The position numbers and the translations under genes were made by a program. A stretch of DNA of 64,000 bases from an uncultured Thermoanaerobaculia bacterium (lineage in GTDB: Bacteria > Acidobacteriota > Thermoanaerobaculia > Thermoanaerobaculales > Sulfomarinibacteraceae). The notes below the pieces were generated by a model. It saw nothing but the letters and a program-made list of their open reading frames with translations, ran no database searches and had not been told where the DNA came from. Positions within the stretch are counted from its first letter, which is position 1; each line of letters begins with the position of its first letter. Below are positions 9,641-20,100 of this stretch, piece by piece. The stretch is taken from the NCBI GenBank assembly GCA_964512045.1, contig CAZEJK010000002.1, positions 23,147 through 87,146 on the forward strand. Direction: 5' to 3'.

Positions 9641-10515
9641 GCTGCGATCGACGTACGTTGCTGAAAGGGCTGGCTGTCGCCGGCGCCGGTGCGGCAGCGG
9701 GAGATGTGGTTGCCTCCGAGCAGGAGGCACCGAAACCACCACCGGACGCGGTCGGCATGCTGTACGACTCGACGCTCTGCATAGGGTGCGAGGCGTGCGT
9801 GTGGGCGTGCAAGCAGGCGAACGACATGCCGGGCAACCTGTACGACCCGCCGAAGGACCTCTCCGGTGACACCAAGAACATCATCAAGCGCTATGTGGCG
9901 GCAGATGGCGATGGCTACGCGTTCATGAAGGGCCAGTGCATGCACTGTCTCGACCCGGGGTGCGCCTCGGCGTGCATGATCGGCGCCTTTCAGAAGCGCG
10001 ACTACGGGATCGTGACATGGGATGGGGATCGGTGCATCGGGTGCCGTTACTGTCAGGTCGCATGTCCATACAACATACCCAAGTTCCAGTGGGATACGCC
10101 GACGCCGAAGATCATCAAGTGCGAGCTCTGCCTGCACCGTCTGAAGGAGGGCAAGGAGCCCGGCTGCTGTGAGGCCTGCCCGGTGGGCGCCGTGATCTAC
10201 GGGCCGTACGACGAGCTCTTGGCCACGGCACGCCAGAGGATCGCGGACAGCCCGGAGCGGTACTGGCCCTCCGGAGACCCGAAGATCTTCGGCGAGCGTG
10301 ACGGTGGCGGAACGCAGGTCCTGTATCTGGCGGGCATCGAGTTCGAGAAGCTCGGCCTGCCGGATCTCGGCGACGACTATCCCGGTGCGCTGGCTCGCCA
10401 CGTACAGCACGGTGTGTACCAGGGGTTCATCGCGCCCGCGGCTTTGTTCGTAGCCTTCGGAGCGGCGGTGTGGCGGAGCCGGAGAAGCCAGGATGGCGGG
10501 GAGGAGGACTCATGA
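9637..10515 (+). CDS. hybA: hydrogenase-2-type 4Fe-4S ferredoxin subunit (HybA-like), Tat signal
   Basis: ATGA overlap with hybO. It has a CDRRTLLKGLAVAGAGAAA Tat motif, several CxxCxxCxxxCP clusters (CIGCEACVWAC, CIGCRYCQVACP) and a C-terminal TM segment. Confidence 0.9.
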   Translation: MSCDRRTLLKGLAVAGAGAAAGDVVASEQEAPKPPPDAVGMLYDSTLCIGCEACVWACKQANDMPGNLYDPPKDLSGDTKNIIKRYVAADGDGYAFMKGQCMHCLDPGCASACMIGAFQKRDYGIVTWDGDRCIGCRYCQVACPYNIPKFQWDTPTPKIIKCELCLHRLKEGKEPGCCEACPVGAVIYGPYDELLATARQRIADSPERYWPSGDPKIFGERDGGGTQVLYLAGIEFEKLGLPDLGDDYPGALARHVQHGVYQGFIAPAALFVAFGAAVWRSRRSQDGGEEDS

Positions 10516-11696
10516 CTTCGCATGCTCAGGAGGTCGGTGGGCCGCTCATGACCCGACCGTTCCGGCTGTTGCTGGCGGTTCTTGGTGTCTGGGCAATGGT
10601 ACTCATCTGGAGGTTTGCTGCGGGGATCGGTGCGGTCTCGGGGCTTTCTGACGGCTACCCGTGGGGCATCTGGATCGCGTTTGATGTCGTCACGGGCACG
10701 GCGCTCGCATGTGGCGGCTACGCGGTGGCGATCCTCGCCTATGTCTTGAACAAGGGGAGGTACCATCCGCTCGTGCGGCCGGCGCTGCTGACCAGCGCGC
10801 TCGGCTACTCGATGGCCGCGCTGGCGATCATCATTGATGTCGGGCGCCCGTGGTTCATTCACAGGATCCCGATCCGCGTCGGTCAATGGAATCTGAACTC
10901 GGCACTGCTCGAGGTGGCGTTGTGCGTCATGGCGTACGTGGCCGTGCTCTGGATCGAGCTCGCGCCGGCGTTCCTGGAACGGTTCGCGAAGGCGGAGAGC
11001 TCGGCGCTCCGCAGGTTCGCCAACACCAGCCTGAAGATCATCAAGCCGCTGCTGCTGCCGATCATCGCACTCGGCATCCTGTTGCCGACGATGCACCAGT
11101 CCTCCCTCGGTACAGTGATGCTCGTGGCCGGTCACAAGCTCCACGGGCTGTGGTTCACGGGGTGGATTCCGCTCCTGTTCCTGATCTCCTGCATCGGTAT
11201 GGGGTATGCCGTCGTGGTGTGGGAGTCAGCGGTCTCCAGTCGGGCGTTCGGACGGGAGCGTGAGGATGAGATGCTGCGCTCTCTTTCCAGCGCCATGGTG
11301 ATCGTCCTTGCCGCTTTCGTTGTGCTGCGTTTCGCCACGGTGATCCTCGGTGGCAAGACCGCTCTGATGTTCACCTCCGGGATGTACAGCGTTGTGTTCT
11401 GGATCGAGATGGCGCTGTTCATCGTGCCGATGGTGATGCTGGCCAGCAAGCGCAGGCTCCAGGACTTCCGCAACATCTTCTGGGCCTCGGTGCTGATCAT
11501 GCTCTCCGGAACGATGTACCGGTTCGACGCGTACATCGTGGCGTATAACCCTGGGCCGGGATGGACCTACTTCCCGACGATTCCAGAGCTGTTCATCACC
11601 TTTGGCGTGATCGCCCTCGAGATCACTCTGTACATCATCATCGTCAAGAACTTCCCGATCCTGGGCGGCACCCGAGCCGCCAGGTCGGCTGCGTGA
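10512..11696 (+). CDS. hybB: NrfD/HybB-family integral membrane subunit of the hydrogenase
   Basis: The start at 10512 has an ATGA overlap with hybA. It is a polytopic hydrophobic protein of about 394 aa and occupies the hybB position between hybA and the large subunit. Confidence 0.85.
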   Translation: MTSHAQEVGGPLMTRPFRLLLAVLGVWAMVLIWRFAAGIGAVSGLSDGYPWGIWIAFDVVTGTALACGGYAVAILAYVLNKGRYHPLVRPALLTSALGYSMAALAIIIDVGRPWFIHRIPIRVGQWNLNSALLEVALCVMAYVAVLWIELAPAFLERFAKAESSALRRFANTSLKIIKPLLLPIIALGILLPTMHQSSLGTVMLVAGHKLHGLWFTGWIPLLFLISCIGMGYAVVVWESAVSSRAFGREREDEMLRSLSSAMVIVLAAFVVLRFATVILGGKTALMFTSGMYSVVFWIEMALFIVPMVMLASKRRLQDFRNIFWASVLIMLSGTMYRFDAYIVAYNPGPGWTYFPTIPELFITFGVIALEITLYIIIVKNFPILGGTRAARSAA

Positions 11697-11710
11697 GAAG
11701 GGAGCATCAG

Positions 11711-13417
11711 ATGGCACGGATGGTCACCGTTGACCCGGTTACCCGGATTGAAGGTCATCTGCGGATCGATGTGGAGGTGGACGGCGGCGAGGTCACCAAC
11801 GCATGGTCCTCGGGTCAGATGTGGCGCGGAATCGAGCCGATCTTGAAGGGTCGTGATCCCCGTGATGCGTGGATCTTCACGCAGCGGATCTGCGGTGTGT
11901 GCACGACGGTGCACGCGATCGCCTCGGTGCGCGCGGTGGAGAACGCCCTCGGTATCGAGGTGCCGCTGAACGCGCAGCTGATCCGGAACCTCCTGATTGC
12001 CGCTCACTGTCTGCACGATCACATCGTCCACTTCTATCACCTTTCGGCGTTGGACTGGGTGGACGTCGTGTCGGCTCTCGATGCGGATCCGAAGAAGGCG
12101 GCGAGCCTCGCCGAGTCGCTGTCGCCGTGGCCGCACAACGGCGAGAAGGACCTGGCTGCCGTGAAGCAGAAGCTGGCGGCGTTCGTCGAGCGTGGCCAGA
12201 TGGGGATCTTCACCAACGGCTACTGGGGCCACGAGGCAATGGTCCTTCCGCCGGAGGTGAACCTGCTGGCGGTAGCGCATTACTTGCAGGCGCTGGACTA
12301 TCAGCGCAAGGCGAACCAGGCGGTGGCGATCCTCGGGTCGAAGACCCCGAACATCCAGAACCTCGCAGTTGGGGGCGTGGCGAACGCGATCAACCTCGAC
12401 AACCAGGCCACTCTGAACATGGAGAAGCTCTATCAGATCAAGGTCCTGCTCGAGGAGGTCAAGGCGTTTGTGGACCACGTCTACCTCACCGACGTCTGCG
12501 CGATCGGCGCGCTGTACGCGGGTGAGGGTTGGCTCGGGTACGGCAAGGGGGTGACCAACTACCTGGCCGTTCCGGACATGCCAACCGACACCGCCGGCAC
12601 ACAGTTCGATCTTCCCGGCGGGACGATCGTCGGAGGGGATCTCGGGAGCGTGCGCACGTTCAGCTCGTTCGAAGATCCGCTGTTTCGCGACAACGTGGCC
12701 GAGAGCATCGCGCGCTCGTGGTATGACGGCGACTGGAAGCGGCATCCGTGGGAGGGAGAGACGGTGCCGGCGTACGCCGAGCTGGATCACGGGGGCAAGT
12801 ACTCGTGGGTCAAGGCGCCACGGTTCGAGGACCGGCCGATGCAGGTGGGACCGCTGGCACAGGTTCTGGTGGGCTACGCCTCTGGCCACGAGCTCACTCG
12901 CAAGTGGGCCAACGAGGCGCTCGCACGTGCTGGAAATGTGGCAGGCACGAAGCTCGATCCGTCCATTCTCCACTCGACGCTGGGCCGGCACCTGGCGCGA
13001 GCGATCCGCTCCGCGATGATGGCCGAGCTGGCGCTCGATCACTGGCAGAAGCTCGTCGAGAACATCGGCTCGGGCGACACCGAGATCTTCACGCCGTGGG
13101 AGTACCCGTCCGGTGAGCAGCGAGGGTTCGGGTTCCACGAGGCGCCCCGCGGGACGCTGTCACACTGGGTTGTGATCGAGAATGGCACGATCAAGAACTA
13201 CCAGTGCGTGGTTCCATCCACCTGGAACGCTGGACCCCGCGACGCAGCCGATCAGATGGGACCGTACGAGGCGTCGCTGATGGGCAACCCGATCGCCGAT
13301 GCCGATCGGCCGCTCGAGGTGCTGCGGACGGTACACTCGTTCGATCCGTGTCTGGCGTGCGCGATCCACACCCTCGACCCCGAGGGGCGCGAGGTCTCGG
13401 CGGTCCGGACCTGGTGA
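11711..13417 (+). CDS. hybC: [NiFe] hydrogenase large subunit
   Basis: ATG at 11711 after GAAGGGAG. The N-terminus reads VTVDPVTRIEGHLRI, followed by RICGVCTTVH, and the C-terminus carries the DPCLACAIH nickel-binding motif plus a short cleavable tail. Confidence 0.95.
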   Translation: MARMVTVDPVTRIEGHLRIDVEVDGGEVTNAWSSGQMWRGIEPILKGRDPRDAWIFTQRICGVCTTVHAIASVRAVENALGIEVPLNAQLIRNLLIAAHCLHDHIVHFYHLSALDWVDVVSALDADPKKAASLAESLSPWPHNGEKDLAAVKQKLAAFVERGQMGIFTNGYWGHEAMVLPPEVNLLAVAHYLQALDYQRKANQAVAILGSKTPNIQNLAVGGVANAINLDNQATLNMEKLYQIKVLLEEVKAFVDHVYLTDVCAIGALYAGEGWLGYGKGVTNYLAVPDMPTDTAGTQFDLPGGTIVGGDLGSVRTFSSFEDPLFRDNVAESIARSWYDGDWKRHPWEGETVPAYAELDHGGKYSWVKAPRFEDRPMQVGPLAQVLVGYASGHELTRKWANEALARAGNVAGTKLDPSILHSTLGRHLARAIRSAMMAELALDHWQKLVENIGSGDTEIFTPWEYPSGEQRGFGFHEAPRGTLSHWVVIENGTIKNYQCVVPSTWNAGPRDAADQMGPYEASLMGNPIADADRPLEVLRTVHSFDPCLACAIHTLDPEGREVSAVRTW

Positions 13418-13953
13418 GGACGATCGCCGCGGACGGTGCTCGGCCAGTGCGGGTGCTTGGACTGGGCAACGTGTTGCTCGGGGACGACGCATTCGGCCCG
13501 TACGTCGTGCGTCAGCTCGAGGCCCACTGGGAGCTTCCGGACGGTGTCGAGGTCCACGACCTCGGCACCCCTGGAGGCGATCTCATCCCGTTTCTGACCG
13601 ATGCGGCGGCGGTGATCGTGGTGGACACTGTGTCCAGCTCAGGGCCGCCTGGAAGCGTGCGCCTGTACCGAAGAGGTGAGCTTCCGCCAACCTCGCTTGG
13701 GCCGCGAACCAGTCCGCACGAGCCGGGCCTGTTCGAGGCGTTGGCCACCGCCGAGCTCGTCGAGCGCGCGCCGGATGAAGTTCTGCTTGTTGGCGTCGTG
13801 CCGCAAACGGTTGATGCCGGCACCGGGTTGAGCCCGGACGTGCACGCTGCTGTTGGCGAGGTGTTGGATGCCATCGTACGTGAGCTCGAGCGGCTCGGAA
13901 GACAGACGGCTCGCCGCGAAGCTCCCCGAGAGGCAGATATCTGGTGGCTGTGA
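13414..13953 (+). CDS. hybD: hydrogenase maturation endopeptidase (HybD/HyaD family)
   Basis: The GTG at 13414 overlaps the hybC stop (GTGA). The sequence VRVLGLGNVLLGDDAFGPYVVRQL ... VVDTV is typical of HyaD/HybD proteases. Confidence 0.85.
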   Translation: MRTIAADGARPVRVLGLGNVLLGDDAFGPYVVRQLEAHWELPDGVEVHDLGTPGGDLIPFLTDAAAVIVVDTVSSSGPPGSVRLYRRGELPPTSLGPRTSPHEPGLFEALATAELVERAPDEVLLVGVVPQTVDAGTGLSPDVHAAVGEVLDAIVRELERLGRQTARREAPREADIWWL

Positions 13954-14336
13954 AAGCTCGACTCGATCCGCGAGTGATGTGGTGGCTCGTGCTTCTGATC
14001 GCTGCCCACAGCTTGGCGGTAGGAATGGTGTTGCTGTTCTTGCCCCAGTGGGCCACGGATTTCGGTGGATGGGGCGAGGTCACGCCCACGTTCTTCGTCC
14101 GGCAGGGCGGAGCGTTTCACCTGGTGGTGGCGGTGGGCTATGTGCTCGAGTACCGCCGGAGCCAGAGCGTGACGTTACTTCTGTTTGCGAAGACGCTAGC
14201 GTTCGTGTTCTTGATCGGCGTGACGGTTCTCGAACCGGGTACGGCGTGGGCGGTTCCGCTCAGCGGTGTTGCGGACGGGGCGATGGGCCTCACGGTGCTG
14301 GCGGTCCGCCAGGCAGTATCACGGGGCTCGCGCTGA
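13944..14336 (+). CDS. small hydrophobic membrane protein, unknown function
   Basis: 130-aa ORF overlapping the hybD stop. It has 3-4 hydrophobic segments (WWLVLLIAAHSLAVGMVLLFL, AFHLVVAVGYVL, AFVFLIGVTVL) and no family motif I recognise. Confidence 0.5.
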   Translation: MAVKARLDPRVMWWLVLLIAAHSLAVGMVLLFLPQWATDFGGWGEVTPTFFVRQGGAFHLVVAVGYVLEYRRSQSVTLLLFAKTLAFVFLIGVTVLEPGTAWAVPLSGVADGAMGLTVLAVRQAVSRGSR

Positions 14337-15852
14337 CCTCGGTCTCCGACACGGCCTCGCCGAGCTCCTCGTAGATTCCCAGGATCTGATCACAGCCGAA
14401 CTGCACGGTCATGGTCAGGATCTCGTGCAGACGCATCGCCACCCCGTCACACTCGGGATCGGCCTTGAGCACGCGAATACAGATGTCGTTGAGGAGCTCG
14501 AGGGCGTTGCACACCTCGAGGCCGTCGAACCCATCCTTGTAGCGCTTCAGCGCCAGGTCACGGCAAAAGTCGGTGAACACACCGCGGTCGCCTGTGCGCA
14601 CAGCGTTCAGGAGATTGCGCAGCGCAACCTTGAACCGCCACTCGAGTATCTCCTGCGGGACGCGCTGATAGCTGGGGTAGACCCGTTTGCCGTCCGGTCC
14701 CAAGATGGCGGCGAGGTAGCGTCGTTCGATCTCCTCGTGGTTCTTCTCGAGAAGCCGATGCACTCTGAGGTTGGCGCGGAGCTTGACCTCCTTGAGGGCG
14801 GCGCGGTTGCGCCGGTGCCACTCGACCGGGTCAGTCTTGCGGTGCTCCATCATGAACGGGATCCGGCGGTACAGGCGCAGCCGGTCTCGCGGTTGCCAGT
14901 CGAGCCGTTGATACGTGTGGTTGGCGTCGACAGCAAGGTCGTAGTCGATGTAGCGCACCATCCACGGCCGCTCGAATGGCCGGCTGCCGAGGATCCGTCC
15001 CAGCAGATCGCGTCCCCACACGCCGAGGCGGCACAGAGGGGTCGGCATGAAGACCGCTCTGCGGCGGTGGCCGAGGTGATTGATGCAGGCCAGATCGAAC
15101 AGGTCCTTGTGGTTCATCGTCTCCGATGGGCTGGCGATGAGGACCTCCTGGGGTTCGAGGGTGTCCAGGCGATCGATGACCTGACGGAAGAAAGGAACCA
15201 TCTCGCGGACGTGGAGGTAGGGGATTGCCGACTCGCCCTTGCCGCCGAGAATGCGGGAGTTCCAGGCGTTCGACAGCCACGTCTCGAAGAAGAAGTACAG
15301 TGGGGGATACTCGCACCAGTCGGAGAACAGGGCGGCGAACCGCACGATGCATGAGGGTACGGACTGGGCGTACTCGGACAGCATCCGTTCCCCGGCACGT
15401 TTGGTCACGGCATAGATGTGCTCACCATCCGGTGGTGACCGCTCTGTGAGCGCTTCGCCGGCCCTGGGGAAGCTACATGCCGCAACGGATGAGGCGAAGA
15501 GGAACTTACGCAGCGCGAGATCCTGACACTCGTCGAGGACGTTGCGCAGGCCATGGACGTTGGTCCGCCAGTACTCCGGGTGCTCCTCGCCCGTGAAGTC
15601 GTAGTGTGCGGCGAGGTGGATGACGATATCGGCCCCGCCGCGACTGCGGATCTGTCGGAACACGGTGCCAAGGGTGTCCTTGTCGCCGATGTCGACCTGG
15701 AACCATGTGATGTTCTCGTGAAAGGGCGCAGCGCAGCGCAGCTGCGAGCGCCGTGCGAGACCGTAGATGATGAAGTGCTCTTTCAGACCTTCAAGCAGGT
15801 GACGACCGATGAAACCGGACGCCCCCGTGATGATGATTCGTGGAAGAGACAT
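14290..15852 (-). CDS. NAD-dependent epimerase/dehydratase (extended SDR) with a long C-terminal helical extension
   Basis: The N-terminus IIITGASGFIGRHLLEGL is a Rossmann GxxGxxG motif, and YAVTKRAGE is a YxxxK motif. About 190 additional C-terminal residues have no motif I recognise. Confidence 0.8.
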   Translation of the reverse strand: MSLPRIIITGASGFIGRHLLEGLKEHFIIYGLARRSQLRCAAPFHENITWFQVDIGDKDTLGTVFRQIRSRGGADIVIHLAAHYDFTGEEHPEYWRTNVHGLRNVLDECQDLALRKFLFASSVAACSFPRAGEALTERSPPDGEHIYAVTKRAGERMLSEYAQSVPSCIVRFAALFSDWCEYPPLYFFFETWLSNAWNSRILGGKGESAIPYLHVREMVPFFRQVIDRLDTLEPQEVLIASPSETMNHKDLFDLACINHLGHRRRAVFMPTPLCRLGVWGRDLLGRILGSRPFERPWMVRYIDYDLAVDANHTYQRLDWQPRDRLRLYRRIPFMMEHRKTDPVEWHRRNRAALKEVKLRANLRVHRLLEKNHEEIERRYLAAILGPDGKRVYPSYQRVPQEILEWRFKVALRNLLNAVRTGDRGVFTDFCRDLALKRYKDGFDGLEVCNALELLNDICIRVLKADPECDGVAMRLHEILTMTVQFGCDQILGIYEELGEAVSETEVSASPVILPGGPPAP

Positions 15853-15859
15853 CCCGACC

Positions 15860-15865
15860 AGTGTA
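15860..15865 (-). promoter_or_regulatory. candidate extended -10 (TGgTACACT on the minus strand), 7 nt upstream of the ATG at 15852
   Basis: The minus strand reads gtTGgTACACTggtcgggATG with no SD. Confidence 0.35.
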
Positions 15866-16093
15866 CCAACCTGCTCGGCACGCGCAAGCAGGATGATCTT
15901 GCGAAGCCGGGGCTTTGGCGGTTCTGCTTTTCGATTTGGGTCTGGCGAGCGCCTGGGGCCGTCTACCGGTGGCCGGGGCAGAGGCCTGCTCCGGTTTCGG
16001 GACCATTTCCCGGCGGGGTCGCTCGAGGGGACGGGCAGTCGGCTCTGCAGACACAGCTGTCTGAGGGACTGAGAGGGTGGGAGCGCGAGCTCA

Positions 16094-16888
16094 CTACCAC
16101 CATAGCGATGCGGTCAGGGTGATGAGTCCGAGGCACCAGCAGTAGTAGGCAAACCAGTGCAGCTTTCCCCGCTGCACCAGCGAGAGCAGGATGCGCAGGG
16201 CAATGTACCCGGTTACGGCTGCCAAGATAGCCCCGATCAGCAACGGCATGAGCTGCTCTCCGGAAAGGCCTGACACATCGCGAAGCTGGAGCAGAAGGGC
16301 GCCGAGGATCGCTGGAATCGAAAGAATGAAGGAGAACCGTGCAGCGAGGTCGCGCTGCATCCCCAGAGCGAGGCCGGCGCTGATCGTGGCCCCGGACCTG
16401 CTGATGCCGGGGATGATCGCCAGCGCCTGCGCCACGCCCACGAGAAGGGCCGAGCGCCAGCTCATGCTGCCGATGTCTCGCTGACCGAGGGGGATATGCA
16501 TCGTCAGGAAGAGGATGAGACCGGTGAGGAGGAGTGCCGCTCCGACTGCCGTGGTCGATCCGAACAGCGACTCGAAGAGGTCCTGTAGGACCAGGCCGGC
16601 GCAGGCCGCCGGCACTGTTCCTATGGCGACGAGCCACACCATGCGCCTCGAAGCCGGGTCGCCATCGCACCATGGCAGGAGTGATCGGAGCATCGACCAC
16701 AGATCGTCGAAGAACACGAGCACAACCGCCAGCAAGGTGCCCACGTGCACCGCCACATCGAACAGAAGGTGGGGCTCGTCGAGACCGAGCAGGTGCTGTC
16801 CGATGACGAGGTGACCAGAAGAGCTGATCGGTAGAAACTCCGTCAACCCCTGCACGATGCCGAGCAGCGCCGCCTGGAGCCAGTCCAC
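16094..16888 (-). CDS. uppP: undecaprenyl-diphosphate phosphatase
   Basis: GTG start. GIVQGLTEFLPISSSGHL and IPGISRSGATI are the conserved BacA/UppP motifs in a polytopic membrane protein. Confidence 0.93.
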   Translation of the reverse strand: MDWLQAALLGIVQGLTEFLPISSSGHLVIGQHLLGLDEPHLLFDVAVHVGTLLAVVLVFFDDLWSMLRSLLPWCDGDPASRRMVWLVAIGTVPAACAGLVLQDLFESLFGSTTAVGAALLLTGLILFLTMHIPLGQRDIGSMSWRSALLVGVAQALAIIPGISRSGATISAGLALGMQRDLAARFSFILSIPAILGALLLQLRDVSGLSGEQLMPLLIGAILAAVTGYIALRILLSLVQRGKLHWFAYYCWCLGLITLTASLWW

Positions 16889-17159
16889 GATCGCACCCGT
16901 CTACTGCGTCAGCCCGCGGAGAGGGCTGTACCCCCTCCAGGCTTGGCTCAGCTGCCTCGTGCCATGAGAAACCTGTACGTGACAGTCCACAACGCCTCCA
17001 TCCCGACCGGCGGCGATCATACCTGAGCCGACGGCTCCAGGGATGCCGGTTGCGGGCGCACAAGGGTCGCCGCCGCTCTCACGCAGGCTCGCGCCGATGT
17101 CCGTCGGGCCAGGATGACCCTGACCCGTCGAGCCACCGAGCTCAGATGGTTGCCGCCGG

Positions 17160-20100
17160 CTACCAGGCTCCGTAGCGGGGGTCGTCCTCGATCGTTGCCA
17201 AGAACTCTGCAACAGCGCGGGCGAGCTGGGTGTCCGAGGAAGCCGACAGATCCTCTGTCGGTGGCTGCTCGACGACGATATCCGGCTGCGCCCCGTTGAG
17301 CTCCATGTTGGTGCCGTCTGTGGCCACATACCATCCGCGCATCGGGAGACGCACCAGCGCGCCGTTGATCAGCCGTGTCCCCCCGGTGGAGATGACCGCG
17401 CCGAATGTCGGGGTGCCGACGAGCAGGCCGCGATCGAGGGTCTTGAAGGCCCACGAGAAGATCTCTGCGTTGGAGTAGGAGTCCGAGTTGCAGAGAGTCA
17501 GCGCCGGACGGGTCCACGCCGCGAGGGGAAGCCGGCTCTGCGGGTAGTCGCGAGTGGTGTGCGGCGCACCGCGCGGGATCGTGTAGGCGTGCCGCTCGAC
17601 GCTGAGGACGGTCATCAGGTAGTCGGTGGTCCAGCCGCCTCCGTTGGAGCGGACGTCGATGATCAGACCTTCCCGATCGTGGCCTGCTGCGTACAGATCT
17701 CGCTCGAACTCCTCGAACGACGGCGCGTTCATCCCTTGAATGTGCAGGTAGCCGAGGCGACCGCCGGAAAGCTCCTCGACGATTGCGCGCCGTTGCCGGA
17801 CCCACCGCTCGTAGCGGGCCTGGTACTGGGTACGGAACGACTCCGGGATGACCACGACAGTGCGCTCGGCGCCGTCGGTTCCACGAACCGTCAGAGGAAC
17901 CCGTGTACCGGCAGTATCGGCGAACAGCAGATAGATGTTGGTGGTCTCGGTGACCGGAGTGCCTGCAACGGCGAGGATCCTCTCGCCAGACCTCAGGTTG
18001 ACGTCGGTGCGGGCCGCGGGAGTGTCCGGGAGCACCTCGGTCACCGCGATGCCCGGCGGTCCGAGAGTTGGGTCAAACACTGCCCCGATCCAGCCAGTAC
18101 GCTCTCCCACACCTTCCCTGTTGCCCCGGGTACCGGGCGGGTAGTACCCCATGTGCGATGCGTTCAGCTCGCCGAGCATCAGATTCATGACGTCTGCGAA
18201 GTCGGCCTCCGAGGAGGCTGCAAGGGCCCAGGGCTTGTAGGTTTCCCGCTGCTGCTGCCAGTCGACTCCGTGAAAATCTGGGTCGTAGAAGATCTGGTCG
18301 AGGGCGCGCCACGCCTGCTCGAAGACGACCTCCCGCTCGGCCGCCCTGTCGACCTCATAGGTGGCGGCGAACGGCACCGGATCTCCGGCCTTGCCCTCAA
18401 CATCGACGCGACCGATGGTGCCCTTCCGATCGAGGAAGAAGACCGTGCTCTCGCGGAGCTGGAGCTGCCCGGGACCTCGGTCACCAGTTGTCAGCCGCTG
18501 ACGGTCTTCCCCGTCAAACCGCACCGAGTACAGGTCGCGCTCGCCATCGAGCTCGGCCGTGAACAGGATGCGACGGCCATCATCGGTGACGAATGGAGAG
18601 GCCTCGTCACCCAGCAGCGCAGTGATCGGCTTGGCACGACGCCATAGCTGCTCGAAGTCGATGGCGACCTCAGGCACCGGCTCGCTGGCTCCGTTGGTAT
18701 CCTCTGCTTCTGACTCCTCGTCTGCTGCAGCCTTCTCTTGCTTCTTCTTCTGCTCTTCCTGCTGCTTCCAGTAGGCGAGCCACTGGGCGGAGGTCCGCTG
18801 ATCATCGGCACGAGTGAGCCACACGCCCCACACATCGAAGGTGTCGGCGTGGCGCTTGGTCGTCCATACCAACCGTTTGCCGTCAGGCGACCACGTCGGC
18901 GCCAGATCGTCATCGGGATGCCGGCTGACGTTGTACATCTCACCGCCGGTGGACGGAATGATCCAGACGTCCGCGTTGTATGCGGTGTCAACCCGCGAGA
19001 GTGCGATCCAACGCCCATCCGGTGACCATGCGAAGGTCGAGGGGCTCCAATGCTCGAACAGCGTCGTGTCCGCGGCACCCTCGAGTGTCAGAACGTGCAA
19101 GTCACCGCGGTTCTTGAGGTATGCGATCCGCTGACCATCCGGCGAGAAGCGAGGGCTGTGCTCATCTTCGGGAGTGTCGGTCAATCGGGTTTCGGCGAAC
19201 TCGAACGACGAGAGCCAGTCAGCGTCCTGCTCGTCGGTCATGGCCGGCTGCATCACGAAGAGGTCTCGTTGGCCATCGCGTTCGGCGCTGTACAGGATCG
19301 AGCGTCCGTCCGGAGAGAACTGAATGTCCGATTCCTCGGCGGGTGTGGCGGTGACCTGCACCGTGGGTGGTGCCGCGATGTCCAGCTCGTCGGACGAGAC
19401 GATCCCGGTCACGAAGATGTCGCCGCGGACGAGGAAGGCGGCCAGTGTTGCGTCGTCGTTGATGGCGAGCCCTGTTGCATCGGAGCTGGCCGTGCGCCGG
19501 TCGATCGGGTTGCGAATCTGATCGACCGGGACGTTGAACGTCAGCTTCTTCGGTTGACCGTCGAGCGGTCGGACCGTATAGACGGCGTCCTCGAGCTCGT
19601 AGGCGATCACCGACCCATCTGCGGCAGCTCGAGGAAACCGAACATCGGAGCCGGTGTGATCGGTGAGCTGGACGGTTCGCTCGCTGATGAGATCGAGGAG
19701 AAACAGGTTCTTTCGTCCTTCGCGTGAGCTCAAGATCGCCAGGGTATGGCCATCGATCCAGGAGGGGAAGTCGTCGTCGCCGTCAAAGCTGGTGAGCTGT
19801 ACGTACTCGTCGTCCGATGTCCGTAACCAGATGTCGCGGTTCGCCGCGCCGCGATAGCCGCGGCGAGTCCACTTGGTTGCACCGCGCACGAATGCCGTGG
19901 CGCTTCCATCGGCCGAGTAGGCGCCCCACTCGCCGAGGGCCGACTGGGCGAGGTATGGTGTTCCGCCGTTCACGGGAACCTCGTACAGGGCGGAGTAGAA
20001 GCGGATCGACTCGTCCCGTTCCGACACGAAGAGAACTTTCGACCCGTCAGGAGCGAAGTCCACCGGCGTGTCGTCGAGCGAGGCGGCGGTCAAACGCCTG

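Noticed and set aside
13370-13417. Possibility of a [NiFeSe] hydrogenase (in-frame TGA selenocysteine) in the large subunit
   Set aside because: The C-terminal motif reads DPCLACAIH with ordinary Cys codons and no in-frame TGA.
15963-17063. 366-aa minus-strand ORF overlapping uppP in another frame, and 17017..17805(-) overlapping the tricorn-like gene
   Set aside because: Both are Arg/Pro-rich with no motifs, while the competing frames carry clear UppP and S41 signatures.
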